From the NCBI GenBank assembly GCA_020832305.1, contig JAFIEV010000042.1:140607-204606 (forward strand): a stretch of 64,000 nucleotides of DNA, in the 5' to 3' direction. This document shows, piece after piece, positions 49,005 to 58,112 of the stretch. The number at the start of each line of letters is the position of its first letter. The first letter of the stretch is position 1. Origin of the DNA: Cyclobacteriaceae bacterium (GTDB taxonomy: Bacteria > Bacteroidota > Bacteroidia > Cytophagales > Cyclobacteriaceae). Below the pieces are notes generated by a model. It saw nothing but the letters and a program-made list of their open reading frames with translations, searched no databases and was not told where the DNA came from. The translations under genes and the position numbers were made by a program.

Positions 49005-50330
49005 TTATTCACCTTTCCAGTATTTATTCATGAGGTCGTCTCGAATACCTACTTCATGTCTTTTAAAATGTCTTGCAAAGAGTTTCCAGCCTGTATCGAG
49101 CATTTCGTCAACACTCACGTTTACATCTATTGCAAGAATTTCCCTTGAATAATCTAAAGCAAAGGCCAGACATCTTTCGTCATATTCGGTGAGGTCAAAC
49201 CCATTCTCTTTTTTTGTGCGGCTGTTCATAGCATCAGCAAAGAGACGTACTCCGGCATTCATAACTTGCGGATGGTCTTCACGCGTTTTTTTACCAATCA
49301 CCAGCTGTTTCAGTCGGGAGAGGCTGCGGAAGGGGTCAACAATAACCTTACCCACATCAGTATCTCTTCTCAGGAATAACTGACCTTCTGTAATATAACC
49401 CGTATTATCTGGAATAGCATGAGTAATATCACCTTCATTGAGGGTAGTCACCGCAATAATGGTAATGGATCCTCCCTCAGGAAACTGGGCTGCTTTTTCG
49501 TACACCTTGGCCAAATCACTGTAGAGCGAACCCGGCATGGAGTCTTTTGATGGGATCTGATCCATTTTATTAGAAACTATGGCCAGGGCATCGGCGTAGA
49601 GCGTCATATCGGTGAGAAGTACGAGAACCTTTTCATTTTTCTCAGCAGCAAAAAACTCAGCAGCAGTAAGGGCCATATCGGGCACCAAAAGTCGCTCTAC
49701 CGGTGGGTTTTCAGTAGTATTAATAAAAGAAATAATCTTATCAAGGGCTCCGGCATTGGTAAATTTATCTTTAAAAAAGAGAAAGTCATCATTGGAAAGC
49801 CCCATGCCCCCAAGAATGATTTTATCGGCATCAGCCCTGAGTGCCACTTCGGCAAGCACCTGGTTGTACGGTTGATCCGGGTCGGCAAAGAACGGAATTT
49901 TCTGGCCGGTAACCAGGGTATTATTCAGGTCGATACCTGCAATCCCTGTAGCAATAAGCTCTGAGGGCTGTTTTCTTCTTACCGGGTTGAGCGAAGGCCC
50001 GCCAATTTCCCTTTCTTCACCGTCTATTTCTGGCCCTCCATCAATTGGATCGCCATAGGCACTGAAAAATCGTCCCGCCAGACTTTCACTCACCTTAATT
50101 ACGGGTGGTCGACCCAGAAAAATTACCTCTGCATTGGTCGAAATTCCTTCGGTTCCGGGGAAGATCTGAAGGGTAACCATATTTTTGAAGATTTTTACTA
50201 CCTGTGCTGGGCGACCATCTACCAGGGCCATTTCTTCATAACCTATTCCTGATGCCTCCAGGGTACAGGTTGCTTTTGTAATCTGGCTTAATTTGGTATA
50301 TATCTTTTGAAATGCTTTAGTCTTCACCAT
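49005..50330 (-). CDS. ntpB: V-type ATP synthase subunit B
   Basis: 441-aa non-catalytic subunit with LVTGQKIPFFA, VLLTDMTLYADAL and PSKDSMPGSLYSDLA. Confidence 0.9.
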   Translation of the reverse strand: MVKTKAFQKIYTKLSQITKATCTLEASGIGYEEMALVDGRPAQVVKIFKNMVTLQIFPGTEGISTNAEVIFLGRPPVIKVSESLAGRFFSAYGDPIDGGPEIDGEEREIGGPSLNPVRRKQPSELIATGIAGIDLNNTLVTGQKIPFFADPDQPYNQVLAEVALRADADKIILGGMGLSNDDFLFFKDKFTNAGALDKIISFINTTENPPVERLLVPDMALTAAEFFAAEKNEKVLVLLTDMTLYADALAIVSNKMDQIPSKDSMPGSLYSDLAKVYEKAAQFPEGGSITIIAVTTLNEGDITHAIPDNTGYITEGQLFLRRDTDVGKVIVDPFRSLSRLKQLVIGKKTREDHPQVMNAGVRLFADAMNSRTKKENGFDLTEYDERCLAFALDYSREILAIDVNVSVDEMLDTGWKLFARHFKRHEVGIRDDLMNKYWKGE

Positions 50331-50331
50331 G

Positions 50332-52083
50332 TTAAATTTTCTTTTCTGTTAAAAATGCATCCAGTTCTTTTTCGTAATTGACAAACTCATCTGACTCAAA
50401 TCGTGAATAGTTCATTTGTTTGAGAAGGTTAATGGCTTTCTTAAAGAAAGAACTTACTTCTTCAAAATCCTGAAAATCAAATTCACTATCACAGATGAAA
50501 AGCACTTTTTCCAGCATATACCGCTGCCTCTTTATGGGTGAATTTTGATCTATATCGTCAAAAGCATCTTGTTGCAGGATAATAAAATCAATCACTTCAC
50601 TTTTCCAGTATTGCACATGATAATCTATTGGTACAGCATCATCACCTAATATATTAATCTGGTCGTAGGCCTCTGCACCACGTCGCACAAAGTCTTTTGA
50701 TTTTTGAACCATCGCCACCCAGCCTTTGCAAATATTGTCTTCGGCAAAACGATCAAACTCAGGATATTCGAGATATTTTGAATAGCTATCGATGGGTTCT
50801 ATGGCCGGGTAACGCTTGGCATCGGCACGTTTTTGGGCCAGCGCATAAAAACAACGAGCCACTTTTCGGGTAGATTCGGTCACCGGCTCCTTGAGGTTCC
50901 CTCCAGCCGGAGATACTGTACCAATAAAGGTCACCGAACCCGAAGATCCATTGTTGAGTACTACATATCCGGCACGGGCATAAAAGTTGGCTATGATAGC
51001 GGAGAGGTCCATAGGGAAGGCATCCGGGCCGGGGAGTTCTTCAAGTCGGTTAGACATCTCACGAAGTGCTTGCGCCCATCGCGAAGTACTATCGGCCAGG
51101 AGCAATACCTTAAGTCCCATGGCCCTGTAATATTCTGCCAGTGTCATACCAACATATACCGAAGCTTCCCTGGCGGCAACCGGCATATTAGATGTATTAC
51201 ATACAATGGTCGTCCTTTCCTGCAATTTTCTGCCTGTACGGGGGTCCTCCAATTCGGGAAATTCTGTGAAAATTTCCACAACTTCATTGGCTCGCTCTCC
51301 GCAAGCAGTCACAATAATCAGGTCGGCATCTGCATTCTTGGCAATGGCATGCTGAAGTACAGTTTTACCCGCACCAAATGGACCGGGAATAAAGCCAGTG
51401 CCTCCTTCGGTCATCGGATTGAAAGTATCAATGGCACGAACACCCGTCTGAAGAAGAATGCCCGGCCTTGGTTTATTTCTGTATTGTGTTACCGCAACTT
51501 TTACCGGCCATTTTTGTACCATTGTGACTTCCGTGGTCTGTCCATTTTCATCTTCCAGCACTGCCACGGTTTCATTGATGGTGTAACTGCCTTCAGCCGC
51601 TATAGATTTAACTTTTCCTTTGCCCTCGTACTTGAAGGGGACCATAATTTTGTGGTCGATCCAATTTTCTTTTACTTCACCCAGCCAATCAGCGGCCTGT
51701 AACATATCACCTTCACTGACTAATGGTTTAAAATCGTATTTCTTTTTTTCATCGAGAGGATAAGCATATTCTCCTCTTTTAAGGAAATTTCCCGTAAGCT
51801 TATCAAGGTCATTTTGCAGGCCATCGTAGTTTCTTGAAAGTAAACCGGGTCCAAGTGTCAGTTCCAGCATTTGGCCGGTAAATTCTACATCACTTCCGAT
51901 TTTAATGCCACGGGTCGATTCAAATACCTGGATATAAGCGGTTTTACCTATAATCTTAATCACTTCAGACATTAATCTTACCTGGTTGTGCAATATGTAG
52001 CATATTTCATTTTGACCTACCGTTCCATCCACTTCTACGGTAATCAAATTGGCAATTATTGAGGTTACTTTACCCTTTGTCAT
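50332..52083 (-). CDS. ntpA: V-type ATP synthase catalytic subunit A
   Basis: 583-aa ORF with the Walker A motif GPFGAGKTV, plus LLADSTSRWAQALRE and the non-homologous insert region typical of A subunits. Confidence 0.9.
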   Translation of the reverse strand: MTKGKVTSIIANLITVEVDGTVGQNEICYILHNQVRLMSEVIKIIGKTAYIQVFESTRGIKIGSDVEFTGQMLELTLGPGLLSRNYDGLQNDLDKLTGNFLKRGEYAYPLDEKKKYDFKPLVSEGDMLQAADWLGEVKENWIDHKIMVPFKYEGKGKVKSIAAEGSYTINETVAVLEDENGQTTEVTMVQKWPVKVAVTQYRNKPRPGILLQTGVRAIDTFNPMTEGGTGFIPGPFGAGKTVLQHAIAKNADADLIIVTACGERANEVVEIFTEFPELEDPRTGRKLQERTTIVCNTSNMPVAAREASVYVGMTLAEYYRAMGLKVLLLADSTSRWAQALREMSNRLEELPGPDAFPMDLSAIIANFYARAGYVVLNNGSSGSVTFIGTVSPAGGNLKEPVTESTRKVARCFYALAQKRADAKRYPAIEPIDSYSKYLEYPEFDRFAEDNICKGWVAMVQKSKDFVRRGAEAYDQINILGDDAVPIDYHVQYWKSEVIDFIILQQDAFDDIDQNSPIKRQRYMLEKVLFICDSEFDFQDFEEVSSFFKKAINLLKQMNYSRFESDEFVNYEKELDAFLTEKKI

Positions 52084-52103
52084 TATGTTGTATCATTTAA
52101 ACA

Positions 52104-52943
52104 TCAATTAAAAATTTCGGGAAGTTTAAAGTCTTCCATTACTTTTTCAGACAATGTTCTGAGGCGTTGTTCAGGACTTTCCGATTCACCGGAAACCGTC
52201 CATCTTTTTACCATTTGCAATTTGAGAAAATAGCCAAGTACAATATCTGTATCGAAAAAAGAAAATGCGTTTAAGGCATCTATATATTGCCACTTTATTT
52301 TATCTATGGTTTTTTCAAGCTTAACAGGATCTTCATCGCTGAAAGCCTGCTGCATACTTTCGATAAAAGGATATTCATTACTCAATCCAAAATCGGTGGC
52401 CTGACTCCTTTGCAACATCCGGTTAATGGGTGCATCACCGATCATATACTGTTTGGCAGGTATACCAAACTGCCTTCCATTATATGCCAGCAAAAGATTC
52501 CGTAAATCCCTGTCGAATGAAAAAAACTTTGAAATAAAAACATCCTTACTTTTTATGGCCTCTTCGTACCATTCATTCCAAAGCCAGTTTTCAACTTCGG
52601 CAAGACTGCGATCATCAAGCCAGTCTGCATGTTCCTCGATCAGTTCTCTTATGCAGGCAGGTAAGGCATCCTGGTTGCGCTGATAATGATCCAGCAATTC
52701 CTGAGATACGGTTGAAGGTGCAGAAAAGCCCAAATAATAAGAAGGCTCGCCTCGTTTTTCTGCCAGGGTTTTAATAAAATTTTCAATATCATTTCCCTGC
52801 ATGAGAAATGTGAGCTGCATGCGATCCGGTGGCTCCAGATTTCTTAATATGTGATCGTACAACTCTTCAAAGTCAATCTTTCTCGCTGGTTTATCAGGAT
52901 CCAGATCTGGAAGAGATGCTACCAGATAAAAATATCTGCTCAT
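52104..52943 (-). CDS. DUF2764 family protein (V-ATPase operon-associated, subunit C-like position)
   Basis: 279-aa ORF. The N-terminus YFYLVASLPDL is typical of DUF2764. It sits between the E and A genes, as in other Bacteroidota V-ATPase operons. Confidence 0.7.
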   Translation of the reverse strand: MSRYFYLVASLPDLDPDKPARKIDFEELYDHILRNLEPPDRMQLTFLMQGNDIENFIKTLAEKRGEPSYYLGFSAPSTVSQELLDHYQRNQDALPACIRELIEEHADWLDDRSLAEVENWLWNEWYEEAIKSKDVFISKFFSFDRDLRNLLLAYNGRQFGIPAKQYMIGDAPINRMLQRSQATDFGLSNEYPFIESMQQAFSDEDPVKLEKTIDKIKWQYIDALNAFSFFDTDIVLGYFLKLQMVKRWTVSGESESPEQRLRTLSEKVMEDFKLPEIFN

Positions 52944-53551
52944 GATGCTTTGCTGTCTTTAAAAAGAATATCCTCCGTTTTGCTCCTGAGATAGGGTCTG
53001 AAAAATTCGGCAAAATCTTCATCAGTAAAAGTAATGGTATAGTCCTGATCTTTCTCTGCCACCCTGAATCCGGCGCTCAATCGCTTGTCAAATTGTACCT
53101 GTAAGCCCTTGGTTTCTTTTTTAATACTACTCTCCATCGCTTTATCAAACTTTTGCTGCATGCTCTCAGGAAGCGTAAGTAACACTTCAGAATCCGGCTT
53201 CCATGAACCAACAATATTCAAAATCAAATCTTTGAGAAAAGATTGATCTGAAAAAAGATCCTTCAACGGATCTTCTAGAATTTTTTTACTGATAAGTTTT
53301 CTGATTTGCTGCTTCAGCGCGCTGATGGATTGATCGGCTGCTAATTTAACATCTGCCAGTGTATTCTTCTGCATAGTTTCAGCCTCAGCACCAGCCTCCT
53401 TTATAATTGCATCAGCTTTTTCCTTTGACTTACTGATAATTTCGTCTGCTTCCTTTCGGGCTTTTTCAATGATTTCATCTGCTTCCTTTCGCGCTTTGTC
53501 TATGCCCTCCTGATAAATTTTTTCAGTGAGCTGATCAAGATTTGTTGCCAT
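52940..53551 (-). CDS. ntpE: V-type ATP synthase subunit E (peripheral stalk)
   Basis: The ATG at 53551 gives MATNLDQLTEKIYQEGIDKARKEADEII..., a coiled-coil N-terminus with a globular C-terminus. There is a 4-nt overlap with the DUF2764 gene. The track start at 53617 is probably spurious. Confidence 0.75.
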   Translation of the reverse strand: MATNLDQLTEKIYQEGIDKARKEADEIIEKARKEADEIISKSKEKADAIIKEAGAEAETMQKNTLADVKLAADQSISALKQQIRKLISKKILEDPLKDLFSDQSFLKDLILNIVGSWKPDSEVLLTLPESMQQKFDKAMESSIKKETKGLQVQFDKRLSAGFRVAEKDQDYTITFTDEDFAEFFRPYLRSKTEDILFKDSKAS

Positions 53552-53765
53552 ATGTACGTTTTTTAAAAAATACCTGTTGAAAAATTTAACATATTGAACC
53601 CATAGAAATAGGTTCATAATGCATATCTGTACTATTGCAAAAACTATTACTTAAAAGTACAATAAAAAATATTCTTATCAACTGCATTACAGATTTAGCC
53701 TACAACTCTGAATTCGTTGCATAATAAAAAAAATCTATGTAAGATGGAATAATTCATAAAAAAAA

Positions 53766-53808
53766 CTTAAAAAAAGCAGTCTTTCACCTTAGGTATTGGA
53801 AAGACTGC
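53766..53808 (-). terminator. Rho-independent terminator after the universal stress protein gene
   Basis: Perfect 10-bp stem, GCAGTCTTTC (53776-53785) with GAAAGACTGC (53799-53808), and a 13-nt loop. Seven T residues follow on the minus strand (53769-53775). Confidence 0.8.
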
Positions 53809-53841
53809 AGATAAATCATCCTAAAAAGCTCGTCCGGAAAA

Positions 53842-54696
53842 TTATGCTTCCAGCGCCAGTACTGGTATAGAAGCATGTTGTGCCAGTTTTTCAGACATGC
53901 TGTCGTGAAACAGGTTTTGGAAAAAACTTCTCGATCTGTGAAGTACCACCAACATTGAAATATTGTTTTGATTAATATATTCAATAATTCCATCTTCCAC
54001 ATCTTTGTGTACTTTTATATGTACACTGTATTTATGGTCTTTAAAAAATTCCTTTAGCTTTTCAATTTCCAATTGATGCTTTCCTGTTGGCACATTTTCT
54101 CTTTCGCTGATATTGAGAATATGTACTTCTGAATCATATACTAAAGAAAATAATTTAATTATGTCGAGCTCCTGCAGGTTTTTTATTTTGTTGAAATCAT
54201 AAGCAAAAGCAATTTTTCCCGATTTAGCGAGTACAGACCTTTTTGGCATAATCAAAACAGGTATTTTAGTCCGCATACTTATCTTTGCAGCTTTACTTCC
54301 CCAGAATTCATCAAAACCTTTTGCGCCACCAGTTCCCATAAGAATCATATCGGCATGCAAACTTTCTGCAGTTTTTACAACCTGACTTACAATGGTGCCC
54401 AAGCCTTTTATAAAATCATGCCTCACTTCATTTAATTCTGGAACTAAACTAAGTAGATGCTTGAATTTTGCATTAATTTTTCGCTCTAGTTTCCAGAATT
54501 TAAACTTCTCAAGGGAACTAACAATAGAAAAATCAAATCGTCTTTCAAAATTTCTATGTATCACAGGCCTTGAATACGCGTGGAAAACTATCACCCGTGC
54601 ATCAAAAGGCTTTGCTACTTGTATAGCATGCCTCAGCACAGCCAAAGAACTTTCTGTAAAGTCCACAGGTACGAGTATGTTTTGAATAGGTTTCAT
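53842..54696 (-). CDS. Universal stress protein, tandem UspA domains
   Basis: 284-aa ORF with two Usp-like halves: ILVPVDFTESS...VIVFHAY and GTGGAKGF...SKAAKISMRTKIPVLIMP, followed by a second half ending in PVLALE. Confidence 0.8.
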   Translation of the reverse strand: MKPIQNILVPVDFTESSLAVLRHAIQVAKPFDARVIVFHAYSRPVIHRNFERRFDFSIVSSLEKFKFWKLERKINAKFKHLLSLVPELNEVRHDFIKGLGTIVSQVVKTAESLHADMILMGTGGAKGFDEFWGSKAAKISMRTKIPVLIMPKRSVLAKSGKIAFAYDFNKIKNLQELDIIKLFSLVYDSEVHILNISERENVPTGKHQLEIEKLKEFFKDHKYSVHIKVHKDVEDGIIEYINQNNISMLVVLHRSRSFFQNLFHDSMSEKLAQHASIPVLALEA

Positions 54697-54969
54697 AGCT
54701 ATATTAATTTATTCGTTGTTGATCATTCTCCTTTAATAATTTTCTTCAAAACAGAAAGAATCTAACTTTTTGATCAGGGAAACAACCTGCTAAATTCTAA
54801 TCTCTCTTTAATATGATTTACGTAGGATTTGTAAATAATGTTATGAATGCATTTTACAATTCTCTTAATTGAATATATACAAAACAGTCCGGAATTAGCA
54901 GGTTTGTAAATAGTGGGTGATTATATCAAATAAAAGTCAAATACTAAATGAAAAAGCTATAAATGATTG

Positions 54970-55548
54970 TCAAAAAAATCCTATTTGAGCACCTATAATC
55001 AGCATATTTTTAAGGGCTTCAATTTCTTTGTCTGTTATCTGACGTTTGAGGTTATATCTATTGCCTTCGATACGGATGTACACACTTGATGATTCTGCAA
55101 TTACACTGAGGATTTTAACAATTTCCATATCGGGGTTGACATCGTACCATTGATAATGAATACTTCCCAACACACCGCTTTGTACTTTACGTCGATCAAA
55201 CTGTATGGTGAATTCATGCCCTGAGGCACTGATTACCAGTCGTTGCATATCTGCATCATCCCCTAACACGTACTGTATCCTGAGTCTGGAATATAAAACA
55301 CCGCTATCTGACCTGCCAAAATACAGGTAAAACCCATTTTTATTTACATTTGCCGGATACCCCGGATATCGGTACCAACTGATCCCCGAGGTTTCATCCC
55401 TTATGTGCACAAGGTTAATAACGGCGGTTGCAAATGCATCGCTTTGTATATTATTTTTAGCAGGAACCTTATCGTCTGCATTTCTGCATGCTGAAATAAG
55501 GAATCCCTGAATAAAAATCGATAAAAAAATTAATCGACATAAAATCAA
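54970..55548 (-). CDS. Hypothetical lipoprotein
   Basis: 192-aa ORF with a signal/lipobox MILCRLIFLSIFIQGFLISAC. I recognise no family. Confidence 0.5.
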   Translation of the reverse strand: MILCRLIFLSIFIQGFLISACRNADDKVPAKNNIQSDAFATAVINLVHIRDETSGISWYRYPGYPANVNKNGFYLYFGRSDSGVLYSRLRIQYVLGDDADMQRLVISASGHEFTIQFDRRKVQSGVLGSIHYQWYDVNPDMEIVKILSVIAESSSVYIRIEGNRYNLKRQITDKEIEALKNMLIIGAQIGFF

Positions 55549-55579
55549 AGCTCAAAAAAATAATTTTGTTAGCCAAACA

Positions 55580-56446
55580 TCAACCCCTTGTACTTGCCTT
55601 TGGAATCCTTTGCACCAGGTCCATCATTTCCTGTTGATTTTCTGAACCTATTGTAAAACAATCAACAAAATCTTGCGCCAAAGCATATTGCAGGCATTCA
55701 TCTACCCGGTTTCTAAGGGAGCCTGCTCCCAGTATTTTCATTCCTATAATTCCTTTGCCGCGCTGCTTCATTTTTTTTAATACTTTAACAACAGTGGGCA
55801 CATCGGCATCCATTCGGGCTCCGGCAGGATTGATTCTGGCCATATCAACCTGTACCCATTCGGAATTGGCAGCCGTTTCCAATGCTTCGAGTGTATGACA
55901 TGATACGCCATGCGCTCTAATAATACCATCCTCCCTCGCCTTAGACAAAACGTCCATAGCTGCTGCCTTTTTTTGATCCCACTTACCATCGGTCATAAAA
56001 TGAAGCAAAACGATGTCAAGATAATCGGTATTGAGTTCTTTTCTGAAGCGGTCGAGGTCTGCCTTCATTTCTTTTTCGGTAGTGGCATGGGTTTTGGTAA
56101 GGATTACCACCTTTTCGCGGGGAATATGATTCAATGCCTCGTTTAGGTGAGGATGTGTGCCGTATTGATCGGCCGAGTCCCAAAAGTTAAGTCCCTGGTC
56201 ATATGCTGCATGCAGCAAATCGGCAACACCTCTAATGCCAAGTTTTTGGGTCTGGTTTGACCGCCGGTTGACACCATGGGTTCCTGTGCCCATGGCCAAA
56301 CGGCTTACCTCTATGCCCGTATTCCCCAAACTTATCAGGTCGTGGGCATTTTTCACAGTATCTGATGCCAGTAAATGGTAAGGAAAAGGACCGGCCAAAA
56401 GACCGGCCGTTGCCATTCCGGCTTTTACAAAGTCTCTTCTCTTCAT
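55580..56446 (-). CDS. Aldo/keto reductase with twin-arginine signal peptide
   Basis: The Tat motif is KRRDFVKAGMATAGLLAG. The AKR catalytic contexts are present: WDSADQYG (Asp, Tyr), ILTK (Lys) and VLLH (His). Confidence 0.85.
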   Translation of the reverse strand: MKRRDFVKAGMATAGLLAGPFPYHLLASDTVKNAHDLISLGNTGIEVSRLAMGTGTHGVNRRSNQTQKLGIRGVADLLHAAYDQGLNFWDSADQYGTHPHLNEALNHIPREKVVILTKTHATTEKEMKADLDRFRKELNTDYLDIVLLHFMTDGKWDQKKAAAMDVLSKAREDGIIRAHGVSCHTLEALETAANSEWVQVDMARINPAGARMDADVPTVVKVLKKMKQRGKGIIGMKILGAGSLRNRVDECLQYALAQDFVDCFTIGSENQQEMMDLVQRIPKASTRG

Positions 56447-56551
56447 CTAGATTATTATTTAGTTTTTTACTATCACAATTTATCTGTATCGGTGTCGCTT
56501 TATACAAACTCAATAATACAGAACAATCATTATTAATTATTCTATGGCCTT

Positions 56552-56575
56552 TTCCGGCGCTTTCTTCTGCCGGAA
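56552..56575. promoter_or_regulatory. Perfect 7-bp inverted repeat in the divergent AKR / M48 promoter region
   Basis: TTCCGGC (56552-56558), a 10-nt spacer, then GCCGGAA (56569-56575). No T-run follows, so it is more likely an operator or RNA hairpin than a terminator. Confidence 0.3.
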
Positions 56576-56797
56576 CTCGATGTCTTTTATAATATTTTAT
56601 CTATCAACAAGATAAAAAAGTAATTTTATAACCGCAAATTCACTGAAATATTGCCTTAAATTAAAATTCCAGATAGACAGCATCTGCATGAAATATAGTA
56701 TTTTCAGGTTTATGCATTTGAAACCAAGCGTTTTGCACTGAATTGGAAGGATGTACTTAATTCATTCTTTTTTCAAGGTATTGCATAAAAAGTTTAA

Positions 56798-56805
56798 TAA
56801 TTTTG
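56798..56805 (+). promoter_or_regulatory. Candidate -7 promoter box (TAATTTTG) for the M48 protease gene
   Basis: Matches TAnnTTTG 23 nt upstream of ATG 56828. Its position argues against the GTG start at 56807 given in the track. Confidence 0.4.
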
Positions 56806-56827
56806 CGTGTTATTGTTCAGAGACCCT

Positions 56828-58066
56828 ATGAATTCAGAAACTATACTAATTATCCTGCTCTTTATCCTTGCCATTAGTTTTGCCATTGAGAAAACCATAG
56901 CCTGGCTTAACTTTAAGAATCTGAAAAAAGAACTTCCCGGCGAAGTGGAAGATATTTATGATGAAAGTAAATATCTTAAGTCGGTTGAGTATTCGCAGGC
57001 CAACATGAAGTTTGGCTTTTTAAGCTCTGCCGTAAGCTTTTTGCTTACATTTAGCCTGATAGCCTTAGGTTTTTTTGGCTGGCTGGATGGGGTATTGCGT
57101 GAATTCTACGGTTCAGAAATAATAATTTCCCTGCTCTTTTTCGGTATCATAATGCTGGCTTCAGATGTACTTAACATTCCTTTTCAATTATATGACACGT
57201 TTGTTATTGAGGAGAAATTTGGTTTTAACAAGACAGATATTAAGACTTTCTTTACAGATAAGTTTAAAATGTACCTGATAGGCGCCCTCGTCGGAGGGCT
57301 CCTGTTGTATGTTCTGCTACAACTTATAGCTTATTTTGGACCTGCCTTTTGGTGGATTTTCTGGCTGGTGATAACGGGTTTTTCTTTGTTTATGAATATG
57401 TTCTATACCAGTCTGCTGTTGCCTTTATTCAACAAACTTACCCCACTGGATGATGGACAACTTAAAACTGCCATAGAAGAATATAGCCAAAAGGTTGGCT
57501 TTCCGCTGGAAAATATATATGTAATGGATGGCTCAAAACGGTCCAGTAAAAGCAATGCTTTCTTTTCGGGAATAGGGAAAAAGAAAAAAATTGTATTATA
57601 TGATACCCTTGTAGAAAAACATAACACCGAAGAATTGCTTGCCGTACTTGCCCATGAAGTCGGTCATTATAAGAAAAAGCACATTATCAGTGGTATACTT
57701 TTATCTATCATTCAAACCGGCGCCATTTTATACATTATGTCGAGAATGATATTCAGCCCTGAATTATCTCTCGCCCTCGGAGGTATGCAGACTGCCATTC
57801 ACTTAAACATGATTGCTTTTGCTATTTTATTTTCACCTATATCAATGTTTATAGGAATGTTTATGAACGTAATAAGCAGAAAAAATGAGTTTGAAGCTGA
57901 TGCATTTGCCAGTGAAACTTTTAATGGCAAGGCATTGCAGGCAGCACTTAAAAAACTTTCTGTGAATAACCTCAGTAATTTGACACCACATGCTGCCTAT
58001 GTATTTTTCCACTATTCTCACCCTCCATTACTCATGCGTCTCCGGGCGCTAAAGACCGCTGGATAA
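56828..58066 (+). CDS. M48 family zinc metalloprotease (Ste24/HtpX-like CAAX protease architecture)
   Basis: Multi-TM protein with HEVGHYKKKH (HExxH) and the downstream NEFEAD glutamate. The layout resembles Ste24. Confidence 0.85.
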   Translation: MNSETILIILLFILAISFAIEKTIAWLNFKNLKKELPGEVEDIYDESKYLKSVEYSQANMKFGFLSSAVSFLLTFSLIALGFFGWLDGVLREFYGSEIIISLLFFGIIMLASDVLNIPFQLYDTFVIEEKFGFNKTDIKTFFTDKFKMYLIGALVGGLLLYVLLQLIAYFGPAFWWIFWLVITGFSLFMNMFYTSLLLPLFNKLTPLDDGQLKTAIEEYSQKVGFPLENIYVMDGSKRSSKSNAFFSGIGKKKKIVLYDTLVEKHNTEELLAVLAHEVGHYKKKHIISGILLSIIQTGAILYIMSRMIFSPELSLALGGMQTAIHLNMIAFAILFSPISMFIGMFMNVISRKNEFEADAFASETFNGKALQAALKKLSVNNLSNLTPHAAYVFFHYSHPPLLMRLRALKTAG

Positions 58067-58112
58067 GGAGAAAAACAAAAGCTAAAGCAGTACCACTAAA
58101 AGGCATTAAAAC

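Noticed and set aside
50833-51702. 289-aa plus-strand ORF.
   Set aside because: It is antisense to the V-ATPase catalytic A subunit, which has the Walker A motif and full-length similarity. The product is Arg/Ser-rich nonsense.
53430-53500. Tandem 30-nt duplication in the subunit E gene (KARKEADEII repeated).
   Set aside because: It is an in-frame duplication of a heptad-like coiled-coil segment in the peripheral stalk. It is plausible normal variation and not a separate element.
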